From Nitrosopumilus sp. (GTDB lineage: Archaea; Thermoproteota; Nitrososphaeria; Nitrososphaerales; Nitrosopumilaceae), in contig OZ241981.1 of assembly GCA_965204345.1 (NCBI GenBank), positions 288,001 to 352,000 of the forward strand: DNA of 64,000 nt, given 5' to 3'. Position numbers and translations under genes: made by a program. Of the stretch, positions 50,409 through 61,319 are shown one piece after another (position 1 is the stretch's first letter; each line of letters begins with the position of its first letter). Under the pieces are notes generated by a model. The model was not told the DNA's origin, ran no database searches, and saw nothing but the letters and a program-made list of their open reading frames with translations.

Positions 50409-51140
50409 ATGGCAGACCCGACCATATTTGTGGCGCTACTTGCAGGACTAGGCTCGTTTGTTGCCCCCTGTATTTTGCCAATGATCCCAGCCTTTCTTGC
50501 GTATATATCAGGTACTACAGTTACAGAGATAGGCTCTAAAAACGGATCTGTCCTTGCAATAAACAGATTAAACATTGTGTTTAATACGGTGTTTTTTGTT
50601 TTAGGGTTTTCAGTAGTATTCTCTACGCTGGGAGTTTTAATCAACAGTGTCCTATCAAGTGCGGCAGGTGAGCTTGTAGAAAGCCTTAACTTCATAGGAG
50701 GAATTATCATTGTTTCGTTTGGAATCTTTTTGCTATTGTCTACAAAAATCCGTTCACTAAATGTAGAAAAGAAATTTTTCCCTAAAAATTCAAAGTCAAG
50801 CTATCCAATGTCATTTGTTTTTGGTTTGGCATTTGCAGCCGGATGGACGCCATGCGTAGGACCGATTCTTGGAACAATACTCACCCTGGCAGCTACAACT
50901 CCGTCCATTTCATTTAGTTTGCTACTTGCATATTCATTAGGATTGGGAATTCCATTTGTTTTGATGGGAGTGTTCTTCTCAAGGGCCACAAGAATCATCC
51001 GTTCAATGACAAAACACCTCAAGTACTACAATGTAATCTTAGGCGGATTTATCATAATTTTAGGGATTCTGGTATTTACAAACCAGCTTGCCTATATTGC
51101 AAATTTCCCACTACTCAACGAGTTGGTACTGTTAGGGTGA
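50409..51140 (+). CDS. ccdA: CcdA/DsbD-family membrane disulfide transfer protein
   Basis: APCILPM, WTPCVGP. Confidence 0.9.
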   Translation: MADPTIFVALLAGLGSFVAPCILPMIPAFLAYISGTTVTEIGSKNGSVLAINRLNIVFNTVFFVLGFSVVFSTLGVLINSVLSSAAGELVESLNFIGGIIIVSFGIFLLLSTKIRSLNVEKKFFPKNSKSSYPMSFVFGLAFAAGWTPCVGPILGTILTLAATTPSISFSLLLAYSLGLGIPFVLMGVFFSRATRIIRSMTKHLKYYNVILGGFIIILGILVFTNQLAYIANFPLLNELVLLG

Positions 51141-51144
51141 TATT

Positions 51145-52254
51145 ATGAGGTCGGAGATAAAAACAGGGCTAATTCTTGGAATGGTAATTGTTACAGGACT
51201 AGGAATACTAGGAGTGGTTTTTAGCACGCTAGATCAACAGGTTCAGTCAGTAAACACAACAACTGATGCAGACGGACTTGTAAAAATCGACAAGTCGGGA
51301 TTCAAAAAGGCACCAAGCCTTAGAGGCATTGCAGATTATCTAAACACAACACCAGAAGAATTAAGCAAAGCGATGGAGGAGAAGGTCATTCTTTATGATA
51401 TCTGGACATATAGCTGCATCAACTGCATCAGAACGCTGCCATACATTACAGCATGGGATGACAAGTATTCAGACGAGGGATTGCTAATCATAGGAGTCCA
51501 TTCGCCTGAATTTGAGTTTGAAAAGGATCCTGAAAATGTGAAATTGGCAATTGAAAAACACGGAATAAACTATCCGGTCATCCTAGACAACGATATGGAA
51601 ACATGGAAAGCTTTTGAAAACAGGTACTGGCCAAGAAAATACATTGCAGATCACGAGGGCTATTTGAGATATGATCATATCGGGGAAGGAGGATACCAAG
51701 AAAGTGAAAAAGTCATCCAACAGCTGCTAAAAGAGAGGGCCGCATCATTGGGAATACAGATGGCAACGGCTGGGTCCCTAGTAGACATTGAGGAATTTGA
51801 GCATTCGGTGTTTAGAACGCCGGAGCTTTATTTTGGTTACAAGTTTGCACAAAATAGGAACCAATTGGGAAGCCAAGAGGGATTTCAGCCCGGAAGAACT
51901 GTAACATACTCAGAACCGTCAAGTAACGAGTTACACAAGTTCTACCCCATAGGAGATTGGAAAAACTATGACGACAGCATGGAACTAGTATCAGATAAAG
52001 GCACCATCAAGTTACGATACAATGCAAAAGAAGTCAACATTGTAACTGAAAACAAGGCAGAGATACAGGTATTGCTAGATGGCAGTCCAATACCGGCAGA
52101 ATATCGCGGCACTGATATCAATGAAGACAGCACACTGCAGGTCACAGATGCAGGGCTATACAACATAATCAATAGCGAGAACAGCTCAACCCACCTAATA
52201 GAGCTGAGGATAACAGGCGAAAAATTCCAGATATTTACATTTACCTTTGGATAG
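51145..52254 (+). CDS. DipZ-like thioredoxin/redoxin protein
   Basis: WTYSCINC, GVHSPEF, NRYWP, TPELY, FTFG. Confidence 0.9.
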   Translation: MRSEIKTGLILGMVIVTGLGILGVVFSTLDQQVQSVNTTTDADGLVKIDKSGFKKAPSLRGIADYLNTTPEELSKAMEEKVILYDIWTYSCINCIRTLPYITAWDDKYSDEGLLIIGVHSPEFEFEKDPENVKLAIEKHGINYPVILDNDMETWKAFENRYWPRKYIADHEGYLRYDHIGEGGYQESEKVIQQLLKERAASLGIQMATAGSLVDIEEFEHSVFRTPELYFGYKFAQNRNQLGSQEGFQPGRTVTYSEPSSNELHKFYPIGDWKNYDDSMELVSDKGTIKLRYNAKEVNIVTENKAEIQVLLDGSPIPAEYRGTDINEDSTLQVTDAGLYNIINSENSSTHLIELRITGEKFQIFTFTFG

Positions 52255-52345
52255 TGTAACTGCAGTAGCTGTAACTCTAGTTACACTACCCACAGTGACA
52301 AATCTGTTTAAAACAAAAAATTTAATGGAATTTAGGAAGTCAAGC

Positions 52346-52996
52346 ATGATCAGCAACTCTTGGAACAAGACAGAAGGTGAAACCATATCTCAGAAAATAA
52401 TGGGAAAAGTAAAGCCTGATGAACCGTTAAAAAACAGGATAGATTTTGCCCAAAAAAAACTACAGTTTCAAATTTCAAAATTGGAGGGAATCAATGAAAA
52501 ATTACGAAAAAAACACGATCTCATATTTGAAAAAATAGTCAATGCACAAAAAAACAACAAAAGAAGCTACGCACAGGCATATGCCGGAGAGCTTACTCAG
52601 GTCAGAAAGATGAAGAACATGGTAAGTGGCGCCAAGTTATCCATGGAGCAAGTCAAACTTAGACTGGATACTGTTTCAGAACTGGGAGATGTTGTCGTAA
52701 CGCTTAGTCCATGCATGTCAATAATCAAGGGACTGGCTCCGTCATTAAATGGAATGATGCCAGAGGCAAACGCGTCAATGCAGGACCTCTCACAAATACT
52801 AGGGGATGTCATGTCAGGATCATCAGTAGTCCCAGGAGACGGCATGAATGTCAGTGCAGAGACAAATGCCGACACCCTAGCAATTCTAGAAGAGGCTCAC
52901 AGTGTGATTGCAGGTCAGACCCAGTCATCAATACCAGACGTTCCAGACTCGCTCAAACAGCAAATAGTTGAAAAAAAGACAGACATCCTCATCTAG
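52346..52996 (+). CDS. CdvB/Snf7 ESCRT-III paralog
   Basis: helical AYAGEL.QVRK...EQVKLRLDTVSELGDVV pattern. Confidence 0.85.
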   Translation: MISNSWNKTEGETISQKIMGKVKPDEPLKNRIDFAQKKLQFQISKLEGINEKLRKKHDLIFEKIVNAQKNNKRSYAQAYAGELTQVRKMKNMVSGAKLSMEQVKLRLDTVSELGDVVVTLSPCMSIIKGLAPSLNGMMPEANASMQDLSQILGDVMSGSSVVPGDGMNVSAETNADTLAILEEAHSVIAGQTQSSIPDVPDSLKQQIVEKKTDILI

Positions 52997-53161
52997 AGAG
53001 AGGCATTTTCTGCATTCAGTCAAAGATTCCAAAAAAGAATGTCAAGCAGCCTGTTTTGATTTTGCAGACTTGTAATGAAGGTAAAAAAAACTCTGTTCAC
53101 TCTTTTTGTTTTTATTTCCAAAAGTAGCAATATTAAATAGCAATCACAGCCAAGTAATTTT

Positions 53162-53527
53162 ATGCCAGCAAAGGGTCCTGTCAGCCTGACATGGCAGACA
53201 GTTTTCTGCTTTGTTCCATTAATGGATATCGTTGCATCATATCGCGTTAAAAGAATGAGGTGGTACCTTCTAATATTCATAGGATTTGGAGCAATATCAT
53301 CACTAGTCCAGTCATTTGTTTATCCATTAGATGAAGCATCCACATACGGCGAGAAAATTTACTCTGAGGTTAATGGCATTGATTGGAGTTATGCAGTATT
53401 GGGAGACAATCCAGAACTAGGCATACTGAGCATAATTATTCACAATGCAATAGCTTATCTCATTGCAGTTTATTTGATCAGAGGATGGTCAAAGAAATGG
53501 AACCAAAGGTTTAACCAGTCACTTTGA
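53162..53527 (+). CDS. hypothetical membrane protein
   Basis: WQTVFCFVP, WSKKWN; hydrophobic segments. Confidence 0.7.
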   Translation: MPAKGPVSLTWQTVFCFVPLMDIVASYRVKRMRWYLLIFIGFGAISSLVQSFVYPLDEASTYGEKIYSEVNGIDWSYAVLGDNPELGILSIIIHNAIAYLIAVYLIRGWSKKWNQRFNQSL

Positions 53528-53860
53528 CTTTTTTTTACTTTTTTGAATCAGGATTTTCTTTATTCTAGATATTGTAGGATAGCTATACCCACGTCTGCGA
53601 TAGTTTGCAATCATCATTTTCCAATTTTTTAATCGCCATTGAGCCTGCTCAAGGGTAACTGAGTGCACTTCTTTCTGAATTATGCTTTTTCTGCCCACTT
53701 TGAGAGTTCCCGCATCTTTGGCAGACCACCTATTCTTTGCAAACTTTAAACCAGAAATGATTTCAGGCACTGGCATTTCCTTAAAGTAATCCCTGAGTTT
53801 CTTTAGTTCTGCATCGGTAGGTTTTTTGGAGATGGGCAATTCTACAGTGGGTTTTACCAT
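53519..53860 (-). CDS. hypothetical basic protein
   Basis: 113-aa ORF. Confidence 0.7.
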   Translation of the reverse strand: MVKPTVELPISKKPTDAELKKLRDYFKEMPVPEIISGLKFAKNRWSAKDAGTLKVGRKSIIQKEVHSVTLEQAQWRLKNWKMMIANYRRRGYSYPTISRIKKILIQKSKKKSK

Positions 53861-54732
53861 GAAAAACAGGCCACCGCATGCCTTAAGAGAGCCTTGCTAA
53901 AGTAGAATTAACAAAAACATGACCCATTGCTCATTTAGGCTGAACTCAAAATGATACGCACATGCCAAAAAAGCCCTCTACATCCCTTGCCTGATTTTAA
54001 TTTAATTGGGAATAAATTCGGCTCTTTTTTTAGACTCTGATTTTAGCCTTAAGGCTTATTTTTATTATAATCGTAAATAACTGTTATTTTTTGCTCTGAC
54101 TTTTGTGATTTTGATTTTAGCTTTAACTGTGATTTTTGATTTGGGCATGGCCACTGCTTGCGTTTGCACGTATTGAAAAAGAGAGAAGAGGCATACCAAA
54201 ACAAAAATCAAAGATGTGTAATGTGTTTGCAATGCCAGAACATCCAGGTATTGTTGCCAGGTAAAGTGAGTGACCAATGGCAGGATATGACAGCTGCACG
54301 CTATTCTATCTTTAGATCATGCCAGTGATAAAAACAACATCATCATGTATTGAGAAAGGAACATGCTATCGAGATTGTAGCGGAGAATATAAACAAATCT
54401 GGCAGTCCATCAGTAAAGTTGTGATGGCTTGCCATATGGATCCAAACTACCATTGTACAATGCAAGAGAGATGTAGGAACCGGAGAAACTGCTCAGATTT
54501 CATTGAAAATTCAAGAAGGAGACAGATTGCCGGACATAAATTATACCTTTAGAGCAGATGACAGATATTTTACGCAAACAAAATCAGACAGGGCAAGAGA
54601 ATCGTTCAGATGGGCTTACTTGAAATTCTCAGAATGCAAAATTTAATCAAAAAAGGATTCAGGAATCAATTCTTCAAATTAGAAAATTCTAAAAACTCAA
54701 GATGATACAAAAATTATTAAATCAAAATGATG

Positions 54733-54855
54733 AGTTCTGGGAAATTCTGATGAGCTGATCACCGGAATTTAACGGCAAATTCTCAGGGATTGTTTTCCTA
54801 AATTATCTAGCCATCAAAAAATCTCAAAGAAGTGCAGTTCAGTAATTATTAATTC
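54733..54855 (+). repeat. dispersed ~125-bp repeat, copy 3
   Basis: aligns to 1405-1530. Confidence 0.65.
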
Positions 54856-54939
54856 ATTATTTATGACATAGGACATCAGAGTTTGCCAGAACCGATTTTG
54901 ATCAAAAAATCTCAAGGGCATTGAGTTGATTTTAAACTT

Positions 54940-55107
54940 TTAATCTCCAGAACCGACAATTACTTTACCATTCTTTAGGCTAAACTTTAATTTCCCCGGC
55001 TCTCCCAACATATCATATATCGGCTTTGGAATGCGACATGATTGTGTGTGTCTGTCCGGCGTTACACTCACTGTGTATTCTGTCTCATCCTTCTTCTAGC
55101 GTGACAT
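54940..55107 (-). pseudogene. AbrB-like gene with stop and frameshift
   Basis: MSR*KKDETEYTVSVTPD / SCRIPKPIYDMLGEPGKLKFSLKNGKVIV. Confidence 0.5.
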
Positions 55108-55158
55108 CTCTTAGATTGAATTACTTTGTCATTTATGTGATCATATAACATTATGCAT

Positions 55159-55254
55159 GACAGGTTTATCTAGTAAGGTAAGATGTCGCCTTTAGGAGGC
55201 AATGGTTCCCGGAAGGAGGCGGGGGCATTGTGGGTTCAAATCCCACACCTGCCA
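55159..55254 (+). tRNA. atypical tRNA-like gene, anticodon TAG (Leu), with an extra-long variable region or a 20-nt intron
   Basis: acceptor GACAGGT/ACCTGCC-A (one mismatch), D stem ATCT/AGAT, T arm GTGGG-TTCAAAT-CCCAC; pyrimidine-rich tail. Confidence 0.7.
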
Positions 55255-55683
55255 CTTCTTTCCACTCTTTGTTAATTTTTGAGAGGTTTTATGCATGAAC
55301 ACAAGACGGCAAAGAGCCAAACAAGTCATGCAGATATCAGCTATTCCAAGTTCATAGAAACAAGAAAATAATATTTATGCCATTTAACCGGATTCACAAA
55401 ATACCATAAACTTGAATCAATTGATCCCATTTTAAATATTGAAAATGCTAAACTAGGAAAGAATTAAAGTGGCAAAGTTTAGGCGTAAAATTATTAATTT
55501 TAATAAATAAAATAGAGTAAAAATTAGCAATTAAAACTGAACTTAAAAAAGCAGTTGAATTTTTTTTTTGCATGCATTGTGCCAACAAATAGTCAGCTAG
55601 ATCGTAATTATTATGACTAGAGTATGTTTTAGGGTAAAATTTCAATGCAACAAACATTAATGTAAAATCATACAATTATAACA

Positions 55684-56943
55684 ATGAAGGAACTCGTGTT
55701 GGGTCTGATATTTTTATCACTAATTCCCATCGCATTTGCCCAGGAATATCCGGAACTTCAAGTCCGAGTAGAAGTCATAGCAGACAGCCTAGCCATTCCG
55801 TGGAGTATGGACTGGCTGCCTGATGGAACCATTTTATTTACAGAAAGAAACGGGAATCTAAGGGTTATCAATCAGGGAATACTGTTAGAAGAGCCTCTTT
55901 TATCATTAAGCGTTGTGGGTGTTGAAGGAGGAATGTTGGGAGTTGCAGTTGATCCAAAGTATGCTGAAAATAATTTTGTCTATGTGTATTATACTTATAA
56001 TGAATTTCTAACAACGAAAAACAAACTGGTTCGTTATCAGTTTGCCGATGGGGCATTAACTGAGGATAAGATACTAATTGACGGAATTCCAGGCGGGCCT
56101 ATCCACGACGGGGGAAGAATTCAGTTTGGTCCTGATGAAAAACTCTACGTCACAACAGGAGAGGCAGGATTGCCAGAGTTATCACAGGATTTGAATTCGT
56201 TAGGGGGTAAAATTCTAAGAATAAACTCAGATGGTTCAGTGCCAGAAGACAATCCATGGGCAAACTCTCCAATCTATTCTGTGGGACATAGAAACCCACA
56301 AGGGATAGACTGGGATGATTCAGGGAATCTGTTTGCAACGGACCATGGACCGTCAGGTGAGAGAGGCGTGGCTCATGACGAGGTTAACAAAATAATTGCA
56401 GGTGGAAATTACGGGTGGCCAGAGATTGTCGGAGATGAAAAGGAAGAGGATTTACTAAGCCCAATTCTGCATTCGGGAGATGACACATGGGCACCGTCAG
56501 GAGCCGAATTCTATGAGAGAGACGAAATTCCCCAATGGAAGGGAAAGTACTTTGTTGCAGCGTTGCGTGGAAGCCATTTGGGCATGTTTGAGTTTGATTC
56601 TGAAAATAATACAGTCATCTCACATGAAAAACTATTCCAGGACGAATTTGGACGATTAAGGGATGTGCAGACGGGTCCGGACGGATTTTTGTATATACTC
56701 ACAAGTAATCAAGACGGCAGGGGAATTCCCAGAGAAAATGATGATAAAATCCTAAGGATTCTCCCAATGGATTACAAAATACCCCCAAAAGACCACATAT
56801 CAGGTGAGCCAAATCCAATAGAGATTAGGGAATCCAATGATTATGCAAGTGAGTCTTATGTATTTGCGGGATTGGGCCTGGTGGCAGGAATCATAATTGG
56901 ATTTATTATAATTAAAAAACAAAGGAAGAGGAATAAGGAATAA
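55684..56943 (+). CDS. PQQ-dependent glucose/sorbosone dehydrogenase family protein, membrane anchored
   Basis: HDGGRIQFGPD, GHRNPQG, NYGWP, FGRLRDV. Confidence 0.92.
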   Translation: MKELVLGLIFLSLIPIAFAQEYPELQVRVEVIADSLAIPWSMDWLPDGTILFTERNGNLRVINQGILLEEPLLSLSVVGVEGGMLGVAVDPKYAENNFVYVYYTYNEFLTTKNKLVRYQFADGALTEDKILIDGIPGGPIHDGGRIQFGPDEKLYVTTGEAGLPELSQDLNSLGGKILRINSDGSVPEDNPWANSPIYSVGHRNPQGIDWDDSGNLFATDHGPSGERGVAHDEVNKIIAGGNYGWPEIVGDEKEEDLLSPILHSGDDTWAPSGAEFYERDEIPQWKGKYFVAALRGSHLGMFEFDSENNTVISHEKLFQDEFGRLRDVQTGPDGFLYILTSNQDGRGIPRENDDKILRILPMDYKIPPKDHISGEPNPIEIRESNDYASESYVFAGLGLVAGIIIGFIIIKKQRKRNKE

Positions 56944-57120
56944 ACCCATCAAAAATATTTTTAGCAGCTAATCGGAACGTTGGAGTTTTTACATATGGTG
57001 TTATACATTCCAAATCCGATAATAATTGCAGCAAAAGTTGCCAAAGGTACCAAAATGAAAAAATTTGCCTTTCTACCCATGGGATATAATCAAAATGTTG
57101 CCTATAAAATTGTCACAGTA

Positions 57121-57537
57121 TTATTCCACTGCAATAGTAAACATGCCCACAGCATCCGGGTCTTGTAATTGCCTTACCATGCTCCTAGGGAGCAGATCAG
57201 AGGCCTTGTCGCATTTTATTGCCAAAGTTCGAGGACAGATAAAATCACTCTTTCGAATTACAATATCCGCATCATGAGTTAAAATCAGATCAGGATGCCC
57301 GTTGCCGACAATGGTAAATTCCTCATCCCCTACACGAATCGACATTGTAACTTTGGAATTGGGATTTTTAAGTTGATTTTTTAACTCCAAAGGCAGATCA
57401 GCGCAGCTAGATTTTGCACTTACGCCAATTATGCAGTCGCCCCGAGGAGTCAGATGGGATTCTTTTGTAATTTCTATAGTTTTTTGATGGTTAGAACGAA
57501 TGTTTTGATGGCCTGAAAACTCAATTTCAAATTTCAT
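57121..57537 (-). CDS. DUF371 family protein
   Basis: GHQNIRSNHQKTIEIT, GDCIIGV, IVIRKSDF. Confidence 0.85.
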   Translation of the reverse strand: MKFEIEFSGHQNIRSNHQKTIEITKESHLTPRGDCIIGVSAKSSCADLPLELKNQLKNPNSKVTMSIRVGDEEFTIVGNGHPDLILTHDADIVIRKSDFICPRTLAIKCDKASDLLPRSMVRQLQDPDAVGMFTIAVE

Positions 57538-57975
57538 AAACCTAAAGCAAATTCGGTTTCAAATTAAGGTTTAATTCCATGTTTTTCTTTATTATATTTA
57601 GTATTACTAGTTTTACGCCTAAATTCAGCCACTTTAATTCTTGCCTAGTTTATACACTAATCCAAACTCGGAATATTTCAGAATCTTTCATTTCAGATTC
57701 CTAAAGATGTAACAATATATCTTGTAATATGCAGTATTTATCTGACAGTGTCTGTGCATATCTCGGGTCTATTTTGGAATGCAAGACAGAATCAAATTTG
57801 GATGAGGTATCTTTTATGACAGTTATCTTGTTTTGGTCAATGATCATGCATCTGCCTGGTGCAAACTTTTCAGCCATGTCAGATCAACTGCCACAAATAC
57901 AATTTAATGGATTTGGTATATTTCGGTTATCTGATCACTGGAATTTGGCAATTTATTGCCAAATACAACTACGGT

Positions 57976-59361
57976 TTACGGATCAGATATCCTTCCCATA
58001 AACAAAATCGTACCGCTCTCATCATCCTGAATTATAAACAAAAACGGATGATCTGCAATAAATCGTGGAGGTGGGGGTGGTACACTTATGGTACCCGTAA
58101 TGATACTTGTTACAGCAGCAGCTTCGGTTCCTTCTTCATTTACGTCTATAAACGTGTCCTGTGTTGCAGTACTCACGAATAGATTTCTTTGAGAAATATC
58201 TACAATTCCTCCAAGATCGGCCTTTTGTGAACTAAATGCATCTGGCATTCCAAGATTCTTTAGTGCTCCGTTAAGAACATATTTTTCAGTTATTTGGAAC
58301 TTTGGCATTGATACTAGAACTTGTTGTTTATGCAAGTTCTGCGTCCATTGTTTAATCTGTTCATGGGACATAGAGTCCTCAATCTGTTTTAGGCCATCTA
58401 TATCATCTGGCAAAATTACCAACATAGATATCCTGTCGCCTTCGTATGACATTTTTAGTATCTGAGCATCATCTGATTTTGTATAGTTGAATACGCCTAG
58501 CATTCTCATAAAATCTGTATCTACAGAATCCTCGCTATTCTTCCAAAAGGTGGACTCTGCTGTGTTCTCCTCAGGGAACTGTGTTGCCCATGTACCCTTA
58601 AAGTATATGGCATTATTAATTATCATTGCAGTAAGGGCGTTTACACTCGCTGGGGTGATTACTTTGTCAATCTTGCCGTTTGTGTTATCTGAGGCCCACT
58701 GGTTTATCTTTTTTACACCGTCATCCTCATCCAAAAAGTCTACCTTTTCTGAGGTGGAATGATATGTCTCTCGTGCTACAGAGGTATAGGAATCATAGGG
58801 TTCAAACCAATTTGCAATCCAAAGTGCGTTTGCCGTACTCAGTTCTATGTGCGGATCATCTCGGTTTATCGAGGATATAAAATGTGACGTAGAGTTGTGG
58901 CGTGCATCTCTGTCTGGTTCAAATCCAAAGACATCCTGCATTTCTTGTGCAGTGTTTTCTTTGGCACCCTCATACAATATTGAAAATGCCAGATACATGC
59001 TGACAGGTGAAAAGAATATGTTTTTAGGAGTGCCTGATATCTGCCTGTAAAAATCAATTGCAAATTTGTTGTTTGTAGCTGCAATACTGGTATCATCAGT
59101 TGCCGGCATCATTGTGGTACCAGTACCAGTATCATCAGTTGCCGGCATCATTGTGGTACCAATACCAGTATCATCAGTTGCCGGCATCATTGTGGTACCA
59201 GTACCAGTATCATCAGTTGCCGGCATCATTGTGGTACCAGTATCATCAGCTGGCTTCATTATTGTGGCAGAGTCATTAGATGACGATAATCCAAAGGTTG
59301 CAATGGCAGTTGCAGTCATGGCCACCACTATTGCAGCGATGAGTATTGTTGATTTATTCAT
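57976..59361 (-). CDS. serpin with signal/anchor and Met/Thr/Asp repeat stalk
   Basis: NIFFSPVS, NAIYFKG.W, EEGTEAAA hinge, FIADHPFLF. Confidence 0.95.
   Translation of the reverse strand: MNKSTILIAAIVVAMTATAIATFGLSSSNDSATIMKPADDTGTTMMPATDDTGTGTTMMPATDDTGIGTTMMPATDDTGTGTTMMPATDDTSIAATNNKFAIDFYRQISGTPKNIFFSPVSMYLAFSILYEGAKENTAQEMQDVFGFEPDRDARHNSTSHFISSINRDDPHIELSTANALWIANWFEPYDSYTSVARETYHSTSEKVDFLDEDDGVKKINQWASDNTNGKIDKVITPASVNALTAMIINNAIYFKGTWATQFPEENTAESTFWKNSEDSVDTDFMRMLGVFNYTKSDDAQILKMSYEGDRISMLVILPDDIDGLKQIEDSMSHEQIKQWTQNLHKQQVLVSMPKFQITEKYVLNGALKNLGMPDAFSSQKADLGGIVDISQRNLFVSTATQDTFIDVNEEGTEAAAVTSIITGTISVPPPPPRFIADHPFLFIIQDDESGTILFMGRISDP
59090..59260 (-). repeat. 39-bp tandem repeat encoding TTMMPATDDTG(T/I)G, ~4.5 copies
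   Basis: gtatcatcagttgccggcatcattgtggtacca at 59090, 59129, 59168, 59207. Confidence 0.95.
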
Positions 59362-60127
59362 GTATTCTCACCGCATAGGGTTCCCTGTCATAATTATCCA
59401 CATCAGACGCTGTAACCCAAAAGACGTGAGTTCCGATAGGCATGTTTTCAGGATTGATTGATATTGCAGCAGTGCCGTCTCCGTTGTCAGTTACAGATAT
59501 TGCATCCTCTGGAATTCCATCAGGTATGATGCCGATGGTTATTGCATCTCCCTCAGAGTCAGTTGCCTGCACCTCAAATGTGACTTTTGATGATATGGAT
59601 ACTGGCTCGTATACTGTTGTACCGTTGTAAATCAGTCGAATCTCAGGCGAGTCATTTGATTCCTGCTGCTGCTGGGTATCTCCACCTCCTTCTGCCAAGC
59701 CGCCCGCAGAGCCTCTTGCACCTGCACTGTACTCTGGTCCGACAGTGACATCATGGGGATCATCGAATCCTGATGCAAATACAGAGACTGCCCCGTTTGA
59801 GGAGATCTTTAGCACGTTATCATCATCCGTGTTTGCTACATATAGGTTTCCGGCACCGTCCATATCCATGCCATATGGCTTATCTACTGATGTGGTGATT
59901 TCTCTAACCAGAGAGTGTGTAGAGAGGCTTATCTCGTTGATGCGTCCTCTGTCATCGCCGCCCACAAACAGGCTTTCCCCAGAGCCATATATGGCAGGTC
60001 CGCATGTTATTCCTCCTACACGGTATAAGTTTAGAGAAGAACCTGTGTTGGATATCTCGCCAAGATAAGAGCCGTCTGTTGCCCTGTAGTAAAATATCTT
60101 GTTTGCAGCTCTGTCTGCAACATACAT
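59354..60127 (-). pseudogene. 3' fragment of a second scaffold gene (NHL + C-terminal Ig-like)
   Basis: colinear with 13028-13792; overlaps the serpin start. Confidence 0.85.
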
Positions 60128-60128
60128 G

Positions 60129-60268
60129 TGTCCTCCAGACAGTCAGGCCATCTCACATTTGACAGGTTTGTTAGCTCTGAACTTGTTGCTGGTGAGTATC
60201 TCAAAGTCGAGCTGTATGATGGCAGCACATGGAATACCATATTTGACTGGCAGGCATCTGAAAACTAG
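60129..60268 (+). pseudogene. 3' fragment of a third S8 gene (..FDWQASEN*)
   Basis: colinear with 16552-16690; downstream 60269-60435 matches 16691-16868. Confidence 0.85.
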
Positions 60269-60550
60269 TTGCTGTCATCATTCATAACCAAACAGTTTTT
60301 GCATTCTTGAAAAAAGAGGTCAAAAACCCATCTTCAAAGAGTTAGAATTATAGTTTTTAGGACTTTGTGATCTTACTTCTAAATCACTTGGATCCTAACC
60401 AACTCTTTCAAAACTAACTGATTCTAATTGACAACCATCAAACTTGGGTTTGGCTCATCAGATATTGTAAAAAATAGGCTCCGATCAAGACAACGCTTGC
60501 TCTGAATTATTGGCATGGTTTAAATTGCATAGTCAAAGCATTGCAATCAA

Positions 60551-61288
60551 ATGCTTCCTGCACAACAGGGTTATGATAGAGCCATCACAGTATTTTCGCC
60601 AGATGGCAGGTTATACCAGGTCGAATATGCCATTGAAACAGTAAGAAGAGGAACAATTGCCGTGGGCGTAAAATGTAAGGAAGGAATTGTTATTGCAGTA
60701 GAGGAAAAGCCAAGAAAGCTACAAATTTCAGAAACGGCACAAAAGATTTTTCAGATTGATGATCATGTTGGTGTTGCAGCCGCCGGATATATTCCAGATG
60801 CACGAAGCCAGGTCGATAATGCCAGATTCTTTTCACAAAGTAACAAAATGATTTACGATGAGCCAGTTGAGGTAGAGACAATTGCCAAACACTTGGCTGA
60901 TCAATGCCAGCAATATACACAGTATGCAGGAGTTAGACCATACGGGGTTGCGCTAATTTTAGGAGGAGTTGTAAACAATAGGCCAGAACTGTACCTGACT
61001 GATCCCAGCGGAACATACATTTCTTATGATGCAATTGCAATAGGTTCCGGCTCTGATCAAGTTACAGACTTTTTAGAAAAGACATACAGGGAGGATCTTT
61101 CATTGGATGATGCAGCAACGCTGTCTGCTGCGGGAATCTATCTTTCAAGCGAAGACAAGAAAGGAACAAACCACATCAGAATGTCGTACATCAAAAAGGA
61201 GACAGGATTGTATGAGCTAGTTTCAGATGAGCAGGTTGCAACATATGCCAATGCTGCCAAAGAAAAATATCCGCATGAGCAAAAATAA
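60551..61288 (+). CDS. psmA: proteasome subunit alpha
   Basis: GYDRAITVFSPDGRLYQVEYA. Confidence 0.97.
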   Translation: MLPAQQGYDRAITVFSPDGRLYQVEYAIETVRRGTIAVGVKCKEGIVIAVEEKPRKLQISETAQKIFQIDDHVGVAAAGYIPDARSQVDNARFFSQSNKMIYDEPVEVETIAKHLADQCQQYTQYAGVRPYGVALILGGVVNNRPELYLTDPSGTYISYDAIAIGSGSDQVTDFLEKTYREDLSLDDAATLSAAGIYLSSEDKKGTNHIRMSYIKKETGLYELVSDEQVATYANAAKEKYPHEQK

Positions 61289-61319
61289 CCATTCCAAGTA
61301 CTTGTGAGATCAAATTACA

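Noticed and set aside
54065-54650. Cys-containing 77-aa ORF and neighbouring short ORFs
   Set aside because: Competing overlapping frames and no motif; probably decayed DNA.
55200-55225. SRP RNA helix-8-like CCGGAAGG motif
   Set aside because: It is embedded in a tRNA-like cloverleaf; the rest of the SRP structure is absent.
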